Positions 10,830 through 23,586 of a stretch of DNA of 51,827 nt are shown in pieces. The notes under the pieces are model-generated. The model worked only from the letters and a program-made list of their open reading frames with translations, was not told the DNA's origin and did not search any database. Positions within the stretch are counted from its first letter, which is position 1. The number at the start of each line of letters is the position of its first letter. The DNA is taken from assembly GCA_977020255.1 (NCBI GenBank), contig CDROCS010001208.1:1-51827 (forward strand), written 5' to 3'. This DNA comes from Obrimoposthia wandeli. Its lineage: Eukaryota. The translations under genes and the position numbers were made by a program.

Positions 10830-11015
10830 AAATAGAGAATAAGATTGGATCAAGTAACGAACACCGGGCAAACACTGCATTTTAAGTATTCAGGGTCTGA
10901 AACAGTATCATCAAATTTTAACAGATAGTTTCCGCTAAATAAAATCCCTTTTAAACCAATTAAGCTCTCCACAATTCAAATGCGGCAGATAGATCAAAAA
11001 GTATTATTAGTACTC
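10830..11015 (-). mobile_element. Non-LTR retrotransposon (CR1/L2-like) RT fragment (other copies at about 22630-22815, 29725-29895, 41525-41710)
   Basis: ILFDLSAAF and SLLDPILFSIY, matching LDLSAAFD and GSVLGPxLFxxY. Confidence 0.6.
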
Positions 11016-11283
11016 ATTTTTCATAGTTTAAATATTTTAATACATTTTATACTAAACAATGCCATTTTAGTTCAATGATAACTTCTATAAGCTGTTTGGC
11101 AAATACATAAACACATTCTTTTTTAAGTAAATGATGAATGGTGTCAGAACTTATTTTTCAAGAACTTTCAATAGACATTAAAAGTTTAAATTGTATTTAC
11201 AAATTGATAGATTGGCTTTGTGCGCACACCAAAACATAATACCGAAAATGATTGCATAATCCCGCAAGGATGACCTGTCACAC

Positions 11284-11599
11284 CACAAGGGTATGGCTAA
11301 GATAGGTTATGAAACTTTGAAGGTATGATTGTGACCTTATATAGTTGACCAACACACTTAGAGGGTTATGGACGTCTATAGATGAAAACCCAGGTTCAGT
11401 TATAACTTGAAGATTTAGAGATAAAGCTGAGGTCAACTATGGTTGGCCATCACATCTAAAGGATTGTGGTCGTCCGTAAATGAAGTGGTCGGACTAAAGG
11501 CCAAATCAAGTTTCAAATATGAAGGTTTGAGTATATGGTTGGGATAATCTTCATCCTTCCACCTACTAAAAGAGACAATAGAAATAACAAATTGCACAC
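11284..11599. repeat. Degenerate, internally repetitive dispersed element (mirror at about 40942-41257), related to 16900-17030
   Basis: Recurrent TATGGTTGGCCA, ATAGATGAAA and TTATAACTTGA motifs shared with the reverse complement of 16900-17030. Confidence 0.5.
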
Positions 11600-12074
11600 T
11601 ATTAGCATTACAAAGACGATTAACTTTATATCAAACGTCTCGATGGTTTCACTTATTTCTGTCAGTGAATGAGATGTCAATTCCAGTCAACTATAATAGT
11701 AAATAAAAACATGTCTGTTATCAGTAAATACCAAATATTTATTGAAGGTGACTACTGAATTTTTGTCGTTTTTTTCTTAGTTTAAAACTTTAACGAAATA
11801 TAGAAATCAATACCATAAATAACTAAAATATAAAGAATTTGTTACATACATCATTTTTCTGTTATTTTAATAACTTAGCAGTGCATATAACGTCTTTGAA
11901 ATGACTTTTTCCACATATCATCTTGGTTTTTTTGGAACAGTGTATACAATGGTGCAGCCTTTTGACAGGTAATGCATAAAAAAGATTAAAATTCTAGGTA
12001 GTGTACTAAAAAAATTTAAATTGCAAAAGTTATAACTTAATCTTAAAAAATACCAAAAACCGTAATATCTAATC

Positions 12075-12620
12075 TAGCTTCATCTCAGACCCTCTTCAAG
12101 TTCTGGCAGGTAGATGCTGTTGGCAGAGGGATAGCAGTGTCCCAAGCCCTGGCCAAATTTTACCTGGTGCTTAATGGAGCCGGTTCTGTCTCCTGCAGAC
12201 ATCGTTGACTGTGAGGCGGACTAATCTCGATTGGAGAGACTGGTATCCTCTCGAACAAAATTGGCCCGTAGTCCACTGGAAATGGGAGAATCTCCTGATG
12301 ACCTGATGGCCTTCCTCTTCCACGAAGCTTTCTTCAGTTTCTCCTTCTCATGCTGAAGCTGACGTGAGACCGCATCCTGCTGCCCTCGCGAATCTGGAAG
12401 CATTGTCGGTTCCGGATTCTCCAGTTCTGCAGGCAATTCGTCCAATCCAGCTTCATCCCAGTCCATGATCAATCACTGCTTCTCTAGAATTGAACATTGC
12501 GGTGATACACTTTTGGAGCGCTTCGTTTTCTGCACATCTGCTCGCTTTACCCGTTTCCGCGAGAAAGGAGAAATTTATCGCCAAGTCTCCTCAGTTACCT
12601 TTGAAGGACCATGCAATAAA
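12075..12620 (-). pseudogene. GC-rich decayed ORF of unknown family (mirror at about 39920-40465 +)
   Basis: Sharp compositional island with partial frames, for example MDWDEAGLDELPAELENPEP..HEKEKLKKASWKRK. Several stops and frameshifts. Confidence 0.3.
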
Positions 12621-13499
12621 GAATTGTTAAATATTATAAAATATTTAGATAAAAAATATTATTAAATATATTAAAATTTTCCTCAATAATAGGATAAGGA
12701 AGTTTATTTTAATGTTCCATTAATGTCTCCGTAGAATGTAGAATATTGGTTTTCGACTTTCTAATGCGTTTGGTCTCTCTTCTATGAGTGTTGCAGGTTA
12801 CTGCAAAAGAACATCAATAACATTTGACATGTATAGATTTTTTTCACTCCACACACATGCACGGTATTAAATGACAGTGGTAGCCCTCCGGCGATAGGAG
12901 GATGGCGTGAATTAGACCGGACATATCCACCTACTCATGAGCAGACATATAATATCTATGAAATTATTGTGCTTTCAATTGAAGGTCACATAAGCATAGA
13001 TTATCATAAGTAGACAAGTGTAGACAATTTATCGTATAAGACACTGAAAGAGCTTTAAATCATAAGCCACTAACAACTTTATTGATTTAAATTCAACTTT
13101 AAAAAATACTCCAATAATTATAATCATAATTATTTAGGCATATCACCAGGATTTCAAACTCATAATCCATGGAATGGATTATTATAATTCTATAACAAAA
13201 ATAATAATAAACTTATCATTATTACCACTACACATTATCATCCCACCATCACCCACCATCACCACTATCATCATCACAATTACCACATATTTTGGTCTCA
13301 TTAAAAAATCAATACAACCAATCCTTACTTTCATTATTTAGCATTGGCCAAGTTAGGTGTGCATAACCATTAAATTTACCAAATCAATAAAACCAAGGCT
13401 TACTTTTATTATTCAACATTGGCCAAGTTTATATTTGTGAGTACCTTATTTCCGTGTCATTTAATTTTCGTGAGACATAAATAATAAGTTGATTATCTT

Positions 13500-13900
13500 G
13501 TAATAGAACAGCACCGAGCCCATAGTCACTGGCATCTGTTCTAAGTTTCACTTTAACTCATTATTAAATATTTTCAAAGGGTTTATAATTGATAATTCAT
13601 GTTTCAATTTTATAAACTGAGATTCATGGCTGTCTTTCCATACATAAACATCTTTCTTCATAATATCCCATAAATCTCCAACTAATTCCGAATAGCCTTT
13701 AGATAACTTCTGACCCACATATCCTGCTAAGTCTAAAACACTTCTAAATTCATTGTGATTCTTTGGTGTTGGATATGCTTTCAATTTATCACATCTATCT
13801 TTCGTAGGTCTCAATCCGTCGGCACGTAACATATCTCCTAAACATTTAACTGTTCTTTTACATTATTCACCAAACACCACATATTTCCTACTCTCTTTAT
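13500..13900 (-). mobile_element. Ty3/Gypsy RT-RNase H junction fragment (mirror at about 38640-39040 +)
   Basis: LKAYPTPKNHNEFRSVLDLAGY..VWKDSHESQFIKLKHEL, then RTDASDYGLGAVLLQ. Confidence 0.8.
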
Positions 13901-15089
13901 TTAATAAAATCTGGTGATAATCTTTTTTGGCATCCAGAACAAAAATATTTTTCACCACTATCATCATTACATTTACCACAGAAATCTAGGAACTACAATT
14001 TTAATTACTAATCTTGTAGTGTATAATAATGTATATTTTCTAGGCCTTCAAAAGGGTAGAGAAAGTCTTTCTTGGCTATTTATTAAAAAAAATTGAAGAA
14101 TGACAAATTTAAGAAAACATTTGACATATTGGGAAAAATTTATAATCGAAAAAAAAACAATATCAGAAAACCCTTAAAATATTTCCTACAAAAATTGAAT
14201 GTTAAAAATTCTAGTTTAGTGCAATTATCAATGTTGTGTGTTTGTTCGAATAAGCAGAATGGAATAATTGTAGTGTAGCAAAATTTTGTAATAATTATTT
14301 CGTGAGTTTTCGTAAATAACAATATAATTTACTTAAAAATGTATTTTCAGCTTTATAATTTTCTTCACTTATTTCTTTAAGTTTTTTGGTTTAAGTCTCT
14401 GGAAAAATTAGTTAATACAATTCCGAGTATCCCGTTGACAAGAACTGCATTATCTTCTAAACTTTTAATCATATTGGTATACATATTCTGAAAGACCTCT
14501 TGTGATAATAAAAAATCTTTATAATTTAATGCATCTCACAACAAATATGTTTAACATGTCCTTAAATTTCACTCGACCAACTAACTTGTGATCACCTCCC
14601 AGATCATATTGCTATACTCCCCATACTGAAGCCACTGATTTATTTCACTAAAACCTTATATCATGTACTCTTAATGTTAAATAAATATTTTTTAAAAATA
14701 GTATATAAATAACAAATAATTTTTTGGTCAGCTTAAAATGCTTATTATCAGTAAAACACTATTTTCTCCATATATCTTCTGGTTAATCTGTGTATTAATC
14801 CTTTTCAACAATGATTCTTTTGTCAATATAAAATAGTACGTGAATTAATTTGTTAGATATTGTCTACTTTGTAATAAAAGACAATTAAATAATTGATAAA
14901 AACGACAATTATATTCTCAATGTTTAGTTTAATACTATTTATAAACTTTATTGTATTTCTTTATTATAGTTTTAATTACTAGATAATTGAACAGTTTTCA
15001 AACCTAATACTTTCTTTGTAGTTTGTTATCTAGCGCAATTAGCGTAATATCCATCTCATTGTCAAGAACTTCAACATTTGAATTTAGAA

Positions 15090-15345
15090 AAATGTCACAA
15101 TAAAATACAACAATATTATGGGTATAAATATCGTTAAGACATGTATTATATTTGTTATATCTCCGAATTCAATAAATTCAAAACTCTATGTTTCCAAAAT
15201 TATATCAACTCCAATCGTTTTGTTTCCCAATGAAATTGTTATAACTCAAAATGCGATAAATTCAACAACAAAAATCAAAATGCAATTTTTTATTTCCAAT
15301 ACGGTTCTGTAAATTGTCAAAGCAATGATAATAATTATTATAGTT
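15090..15345 (-). pseudogene. Possible decayed multi-pass membrane (GPCR-like) exon fragment (mirror at about 37195-37450)
   Basis: Hydrophobic frame IIIIALTIYRTVLEIKNCILIFVVEFIAF*..IIHVLTIFIPIILLYF. Family not secure. Confidence 0.25.
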
Positions 15346-15759
15346 GTTTGTGTCACGAATCCAAAAATATGTTGCTATTTATAGCAACTGATCACCTGCA
15401 TACAGTCAGCAGTAAATGCTCAGTTAACAGAGTGCAAAAGGCAGAGATAAGGAGATATCGATTTGTGCTGTAACTGTTTTTGGAGACACACAAACATGCA
15501 GAAGACTGCCGCTGTTGAAAGAAGAGAAAACAGGACTGCATCCGATGAAGGCGGTCTGGACAGCGGAGGTTGCCGAGCGATGAAGATGTGGAAGAAGGTC
15601 CGGAGTTCTGCTTCCCGCGCCAAGGCAGATCGCGGTAGTGGAGGTGGTTCTGTGAAACCTGAACGACTTTGTGCAGGTAAGTGTTTTTCTTCTAATCTGT
15701 TTTTCTTTTTTATCTCTGACTTCGCTGGCATTTTGCCCACCGCGAAGCTAGAGATAAAT

Positions 15760-15813
15760 CTGCCGTCCCCCCGACGAGCCGGCAGGGCGAAACCGGTTAA
15801 GCCGGTCAGGGAC
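15760..15813 (+). ncRNA. Type I hammerhead ribozyme-like motif with a U4C core variant
   Basis: Stem I GTCCC(C)/(A)GGGAC; core CCGACGA; stem II GCC-GGCAG-GGC; GAAA; stem III ACCGG-TTAAG-CCGGT; GTC cleavage triplet at 15805-15807. The 5' tail CTGCC is complementary to loop II GGCAG. Confidence 0.68.
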
Positions 15814-16269
15814 TGAAGGAAAACAAAAATGCCAAAGTGCATCTATATAACCCCTCCAATCGCCCCTCAATTAAGGGAACAATTAATTAACTTTTCCACT
15901 AATTAACCCATCATAAATAACTCAATTTTTTCATTCCCAACATATTTGTCCATATTGTTCAACTACAGAACTGGATAATTATAAGAATTTTATAGAAAAC
16001 ATTATTTAATAAGCATTTATAAGTAGAAAAAGATTTTTAAATTCAATTCCGACTATAGCTTTAAATTATGATTTGACTCCAATCGCAGTTCCGGCTTCGA
16101 CAATGAAAGTTGCTCATCTAGATCTTATTGATTTAAAAATTCCGAATAATCTTCTATTTAAAGTAGCAGAAATAATGAATAATATGGGCAATGCAAAAAT
16201 TCAATACATTATACGGATGAAATTAAAAAAGGAGAACGGTCTCATAAGGCGGTCATATTTATTTATGAA

Positions 16270-16790
16270 AAATGCCTGAAATCGAAGAAACTATGGATAA
16301 GAGAGTTGAAGAATATTCCGAAAATGAAGTGGATGGAAATTAATAAAAGTTTTAGACTATGTATTTGTCATAACGAAATATAGTGAAAGATCTGCATTAT
16401 CTGGACATTCAAACATTCCAACACCAAAATCGTTATAAAAAAGTAAAGCTATTGTAAGTTTTCAAAACAATGACAATCTGTGTTTTATTTATGTAATTCT
16501 GGCTGTTTTGAAACATGGTGAGATTACTAATCATACAACTCTTGTATGAAAGTATTCACCAGTTTTGAAAGATTTGATGTTTGACGAAACAGATATGCCA
16601 ATGAAGATTTCAAATATATTAAAGTTTGAGACAAAGAATCCGAATATAAGGATTAATGTACTTTTATACAATGATGCCGTCATCGAAGAAAAATATGTTT
16701 ATGTTATAAAAATTCCTACATATACATTGCATATAAATCAAAGAAAAAGGTAGGAAATATTGTTAATTTGATACTGTTGGAGAATATATC
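16270..16790 (+). pseudogene. Polinton protein-primed DNA polymerase B N-terminal-region fragment (mirror at about 35750-36270 -)
   Basis: SGWKLIKVLD, KSKAIVSFQNNDNLCFIYVILAVL, and MPMKISNILKFETKNPNIRINVLLY..IVNLILL, matching the GSGW..KKAIINVKNxDNKCF..FPVxLxDIxKFEKxN..INV pattern. Confidence 0.7.
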
Positions 16791-17619
16791 AGAGAATATT
16801 GGAGAAAAATATCCCAGTAAAATTTAAAGTTCAGATTTAAATAAATTTTAAAAATTAAGATGACATCAAATATAACTTCAAGTCGTAACTGATCCCTACC
16901 CCTTCATATATAGACGACCTCAACCCCTTGGATATGTTGGCCAACCATACCTTCAAACCGTCAAGTTATAATTGAGCCAGACTCTTTCATCTATGGATGA
17001 AAAAAACCCCATATCTGATTATCCTGGCTTGTTTTGATAATAAACTAATTAAAATGGTTTGTTTTAAAAACATCGCTAAATACAGTTTAAAGCACAAGTT
17101 TAGTAACTGTTGATATAATTACCAACTAACAACCAATGTTACTCAAATTAAACTAATATTAAAAGTGATATACACCTGTGTTCTACTTCATTATTAGCAT
17201 GGGGTCACTGCGACCACTTCATGATAATGTATCATTTTATGTAATTAATTTTTCAAGTACAAGTACGATTGCATACATATATATATATATATATATATAA
17301 AAATATTCTAAAATTATTATTTTCTTTAAAATTATAATAAAAAAAATTATAAAGTGTTAAATTAATTACAATAATTAAATATACAAAAATTTAATACAAA
17401 TAACTATTACTGGCTCACATTTGAAAACCTTCTTCTGTTGTGGGATTTTTAAAGTTTATATATATGATTCGAACATGCTGAATTCCAAATTAATATTTAT
17501 TTACCTCTATCAGATCATGTTTACTCTATGGATCGTTCTTCAGTCTAATTTTATCCCAAAATATATTTTCATTTTTAACTCGAACTATGTTAAAATATTC
17601 TTCAAAAACATCTAAAACT

Positions 17620-18250
17620 TATATGCCTATCGTGATTTCTGTGAAAATTATGGTGCCTCCGCTTCCATTGTCCGCTGACTCGGCCTTCGTTGGTGTACGA
17701 ATTACCACAAGCGGATGTGCTTTAAATAGTATTATCTTGTTTATTAATTGTAAAATTGCATCCAGATCTTGGTCTTCTCCCCATCTTATCACTCTAAACA
17801 TTTAAATTTCATCCAATAAACCTCTTTAATTTCTTTCCTTCCATCGTATCTTTCTTCTAGCAATCTTAAAGCTTTATCGTAACTTGCATCCGTGAACCTC
17901 CATCAGCTGCAGCATTATTTTCTTGCCTTGGTGCATCGGTCTGATCGATGACAGTATCAAATATTGCCCGCCTACTCTCATAATATTTATAATCACCAAA
18001 GAAGTATGGAATACTAATCTTTTTCCGACCCTTTAAAAAGTTTCTGTCTGACTTCTTTTTATCTATTGACTTCTTCTTTCACATAGCTTGACTCTTCTTT
18101 GGTTCTAGTTTCAAATTCTCTTTCTATCTTTGCAATGTCACTTTTTATTTCCATTATCTCGAGTTGTTCTTTTACTCCAGCGCCTGCTCCAATTCCTTAT
18201 TATTTTGTTCACCAAATCTTCGTACGATATCTCTATACTCTTTTCTTTAA
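17620..18250 (-). mobile_element. BEL/Pao gag (DUF1759-like) remnant (mirror at about 34282-34912 +)
   Basis: KISIPYFFGDYKYYESRRAIFDTVIDQTDAP, SYDKALRLLEERYDG, and EI*MFRVIRWGEDQDL, preceded by a lysine/glutamate-rich coiled-coil-like stretch. Confidence 0.65.
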
Positions 18251-19149
18251 TCTGTATCTTCTCTAGTGTTACATGAATCTGACCACTCTTCTCCTGCTAG
18301 TATTATATCCAACTTAGTTATATTCTTCTCATGTTCCATGTCATCTTTCAATTTTGGTGTTACCCTGACGTTTGCACCGCTCTTAATAACGTCGTCTGGT
18401 CTTATGCATTTCCCTTCCGATTCCAACCAGTACTCCCAGAGTATCTTACCTTTCCACGTATATCCTTCCAACTACACCTCTCCATGTACTCAATCACACG
18501 GATATTTTTGCTCTATATTAAAAAACACGACTTGAGGTTAGGCTTAATGAAGGTATTTACTTTTACCTTTTTATCTTTATTCCCTAAAATATTGGTTGCA
18601 GAAAATGTACTATTTAAATTAGTCAATTGGGGAAAATGAGGAAAACGAGCTTCCGCAAGCTTTTCTACTAACACCCTTTCTTCCAAAGAGCAATGACTAA
18701 AAGACACTCTTGTCTCTCTAGTTCCTAAAAATATTCCGGGATTTGTATAAATAGTATCTATATTATACCGGTGACATATTCTAGTAGTGCTTATAACATC
18801 ATAATTTACCTTATCACTGAATCTGTCTAAAATTTGACCTATTCTAGTAGCGCTTATAATCGCGTCATTTACTTTATCGCCTAATGCTACCGTAAATCTT
18901 CAAAATGTTTCATTATTTACAATAACTGTTACAATTGACTTAATTCTACCCGATCAAATGAGAGAGAATTAATTAAAATATTTGTTAGTAAAAATTACTT
19001 AATTATTTTTTAAAAATATATATATATATGCAAAAATTATTTACATTGTCCTCTTTTGCTGCCTCTCCTTCAGTTTGATCTAAATCTTCGATTCTAGGTT
19101 TCTCCTTCTCCTCCGCTCTCTTCTCTTTCTCTACATACACTTTAATGGG

Positions 19150-21290
19150 ATACCATAGAGGCTCACTATCATCTATTTTCACAGCACTAGACTCTCACAA
19201 ATATTATTCCTCGTCATTATCTGCAACCAAATATGCCGAGTAAAATCCAACCCGCATTTTCCTGTTTTAGTAGACACTTTTGTCTTAACCATCATATATC
19301 TTAATGTGTGTATAACTCTTTCTTCCAGACCGTTACTTTGATTAAGAGCTGTATTGAACATACCAAATTTTCGTCGCTAATTCTGAAAATAATTTCCAGT
19401 AAATATTCGTCCTATATCTATTAAAATGCTTTTAGGTTTCCCAAATGTATATATTCAATTTGTCTATGAGTTCTTTAGTAATTGTTATTTCATCTTATTT
19501 TGTAGTTATTAATAGTAATACCAGTTTACTAAATCGATCGATTACTATCGACATATATTTCTTTTTAGATCATCCTTCCTTCATGTGGGCTGTATCGACA
19601 AGCATTTGATCTAAAAATTCAACTTATTTATTTTATTTTTTGAATTATTCTTTCCAAAATAAAATTATATTTCATATATTTATAAACCTTATGCATTCCT
19701 AGATGACAAAGATATTGATAAATGTTATTAATAATTTCATAAGCGTTTTCGTAGGTATGACTATTAAATCTGTAAAATTATGTTCAAAATAAAAGATATC
19801 ATCGCAGAGTTTAAGTGTTTCTTTTATCTGCTAAATCCAATTTATTTTGCATTCTTCTGATAAATCTATACTTTATAATTAAATGCACACTTTCATTTCT
19901 TTCACATGAATATATTCTTGTTGTATTTTTCTTATCTTACTGAAGAAGTTGTCTTCATTTAGTGAGTGAATATATTGTATTTTAGATATCTTCTCTTGTG
20001 CATATATATGTTTAGTTTTGCACTGAGTGCAGTCGGTTTCATTCAATCTTAACAAGCCATCGGCAATACCATGGTCAATACCTTTACGATGTTCTAACTT
20101 AAAATTAAATTTTGATAAACTTTCAGTAATATTTGAAATTGAGGACTGATTGAAATTTTTGTTGTTCTTAAAAACACTTACGATTTATGATATGTTCTTT
20201 CCAAAAATTCTGTTCCATATAAATATTGTTTGAAATACATATTAAATTAGTATTCTTCTAAAAGTTCCTTTCTGGTAACACAATATTCTTTCTCATGAAA
20301 AGTCAAATGTTTTGAAGCATATGCAATCACTTTTTTGTTTCTCATTTCATTCAGTTGGCACAATATTGCCCCAAATCGCACCAAAACTGGCATCTGTTAA
20401 AATTATAAATGTTTTATTTCACCTGGAAAAGTCTAGTATGATTGCCTTGTGACATAGTGGGACTGCAATATTGGCATAAACTTTTATAAATCGTCGATAA
20501 TAGTTTGTCATTCCTAAGTATGATCATAGTTTCCCTTACAGTCGGGTTCTTTGAAATTTATAATTTCGTTGACTTTAGACTGATTTATATGTATTTAGCT
20601 TTGTGTTATCGTATGACCTATGGCTTTTAACAGTTTCTGATCATTGTAGCGTTTATTAGGGTTTATATTGAGACCTGCAGCTGCAATTCTTTTGAATGCT
20701 TCCCTTAATAATTTATAATGTTCTTCTTGGTTGTTACTATAGACAAGGATATCATCCAGATATACAATTTTTCTTCTGAACAGCAATCCATTAGAATTTC
20801 TATGTATGATTCTGGAATGTGGCAGGTCCTGTAGCCAACCCAAATGGCCACCAACTGAAATAAAATTGTCTCAGTTTTGTACTGAGAGTCGATTTTGTCT
20901 GAGATTCTTTCTCTAGATCTACCTGGTAATAAGCTTGTCCAATATCTAGTGTCGTAAATATTTTTTCATCACCTATACAATCGAACAAGAGTTGTGCATC
21001 TTGTATTGAAAATGTAAACTTCTTGGTTACATCATATAATTGGCTGTAGTCAACACACATTCGATTTGTATTGTCTGGTTTCTTTACAATGACCAATGAA
21101 GGTTCGAATGACTTTCATCCTTTCATCAAATTGGATTTCTAATTGCATTGCTTGTCGTCTAGGATTTTGAAAAATTGGATCAGCAATAGTCTCAATCTTA
21201 TGAGAGACAATTTTGGTATATCCTCAATCAAATTTAGAACATATACATATTTTTCCAAACTCCTCAATATAATGTCCTAGAATTTAGTAT
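19150..21290 (-). mobile_element. Ty3/Gypsy pol pseudogene (RT, RNase H, integrase)
   Basis: VIVKKPDNTNRMCVDY, FTTLDIGQAYYQV, PFGLATGPATFQ, YLDDILVYS, LTDASF, VIAYASKHL, HRKGIDHGIADGL, VIDRFSK, and NQSNGLEER. Confidence 0.9.
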
Positions 21291-23586
21291 CTATCGCGTT
21301 TTAAAGAATTTCATATTGTATCTGATTTTTCTTTCGAGGAAAACTTTTTTATCATGCAAGACGAGTCTAAATTGCATAATATTACAGTTTTAATCTAAAA
21401 TATATCACAAACCTTAGAAAAGAGAATAAAATAATCTTAAAAACAATTTAATGTTACGATATATATTAGTATATGTCAGTTAAATATTAATAAAAACTTT
21501 TACTTTGAAATGTTATTTATATTTTTCTTTAAAAATGTAATTTTCAGATTTTCTGCAAAACGTCTTTGGCACTACTTTACCCAATGTTTAATTCTTTTTT
21601 TGGTATATATTTCATACTCTAGAATAATATGATGCCAAGTTATTCTGAGTTCCCCTACATCTTACAAAATTAATTTTGAAAAGTTTTTAAAACATGTCAG
21701 AAATGAATCAATAATAACAACAAGATAAATATTTAGTTAAACGTTTTTCTATCGTTTCTTCTGTCTCTGGGCAATATTTAGAATTCACGCGGAAAAGCCT
21801 TGGGGAAGTATAATTTTTTACCATTATCTATAATCATATTTGCATACCTTGAAACACATCGCAATCTACTAATATTTAATAAAGCCATGAGATGGCTGGG
21901 TAGCTACCATATGAAACTTTGTTACTGCACTGTCTAAAAATTAAAAATGTGTGAAAGTAAGTATACAAATAAATATATTCAATTTACTGAAAGACAGTGA
22001 CCGTTATATATTCAAAATGTCAAATTTCATTGTTGATTATTTAACTTAGTGTTTTATGGTTTGTTAGAAAAAATTTTGAATTGGTTTTTATTACAAATAA
22101 AATGATCTTTGATATTTTTAAGATTAAGTTATAACTTTTGCAATTTATTTTTTTAGTACACTACCTAGAATTTTAATGTTCTCTATGCAATACCCGTCAA
22201 AATTCAGTAGTCACCTTCAATAAATATTTGCTCATTACTGATAACAGGCATTTTTTTATTTACTATTATAGTTGACTGGAATTGACATTTCATTCACTGA
22301 CAGAAATCAGTGAAACCATCGAAAAGTTTGATCTAAAGTTAATCGTCTTTGTAATGCTAATAGTGTGACAGGCCATCCTTGTGGTATTATGCAATCATTT
22401 TCGGTATTATGTTTTGTGTGCGCACAAAGCCAATTTATCAATTTGTAAATACAATTTAAACTTTTAATGTTTATTGAAAGTTCTTGAAAAATAAGTTTTG
22501 AAACAATTAATCAGTTACTTAAAAAAAGAATGTGTTTATGTATTTGCCAAACAGCTTATAGAAGTTATCATTGAACTAAAATGGCATTGTTTAGTATAAA
22601 ATGTATTAAAATATTTAAACTATGAAAAATGCGTACTAATAATACTTTTTGATCTATCTGCCGCATTTGAATTGTGGAGAGCTTAATTGGTTTAAAAGGG
22701 ATTTTATTTAGCGGAAACTATCTGTTAAAATTTGATGATACTGTTTCAGACCCTGAATACTTAAAATGCAGTGTTTTCTCGGTGTTCGTTACTTGATCCA
22801 ATCTTATTCTCTATTTATATTTAGGTTTTTATAATTTTTCATTATTTTCCCACTTTAGAAAAAGTTTTATCGGTAATGTTTGATTATTTAACATTATTTT
22901 TTAGTAAAAATATATAATATATTAATTTGTGTATTTAAATAAAATTATATTATTAAACGGATATGTATTATAAAATTTTAATTAATTAAAATTTAGTTAA
23001 TTAATATTTCAATAATAAAAATTCAAATATAATAAAAATTAATTAAAAAATGGTAAAAGTATTAAAATTACCCGCCAGCATTCCATAACCCTTAACTTGT
23101 ATCCTCACTAGATTTAAAATTTAATAAAAAAATCTAAAAAGTTTAAATAAGATAGTTTATTTTTAACATTATTAATATATCAAGTATTAAATATAAAAAA
23201 TGAATAGTTAGTAAGTTCTCACTTTCAGAATGTTTTATTCATTTGTATTTCAGATAGAACAAATATTGTAACGGCTTTTATTGCAGTGTAAAATAAAACA
23301 CTCAAATCCCCTCCAGCATCATTGAGTGGATTAAATCAACCTGTATTCTTACATTTTGTGGACGCCAACTGTACTACATGGTTAGTTAAAGGTTTGAAGT
23401 GTAAATATTGTTAAATATATTGTTAATAAAAAAATTAAAAGCATGTTATTTATAATGTTATATTAAAATAAATAACTGCCTTTGTTCAATTTAATAATAT
23501 TAAAAGTAATTTTATACAAAGTAATTTTAGAAAGATTACTAAATTTATTAAAAAAACAAAGCCTTTTTGGTACTTGTCAAAAGAAT

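Larger units (their letters stand above)
7333..12052 (+). repeat. Outer copy of an older inverted duplication (ATPase/TBP-like/RING/GAIN-exon block)
   Basis: Reverse complement of 22113-26290, with substitutions and internal indels. Confidence 0.92.

Noticed and set aside
13230-13290. (CAC/CAT)-rich tract, plus (TA)n at about 17277-17298
   Set aside because: Ordinary simple repeats, useful only as arm-distinguishing markers.
15420-15842. 140-aa and 117-aa overlapping ORFs in the GC-rich island
   Set aside because: No recognisable domain. Better explained by stop-codon scarcity in GC-rich structured DNA.
21545-21930. Possible GPCR transmembrane exon fragments (FLPLSIIIFAY)
   Set aside because: Only one short hydrophobic motif, and no consistent exon structure could be built.
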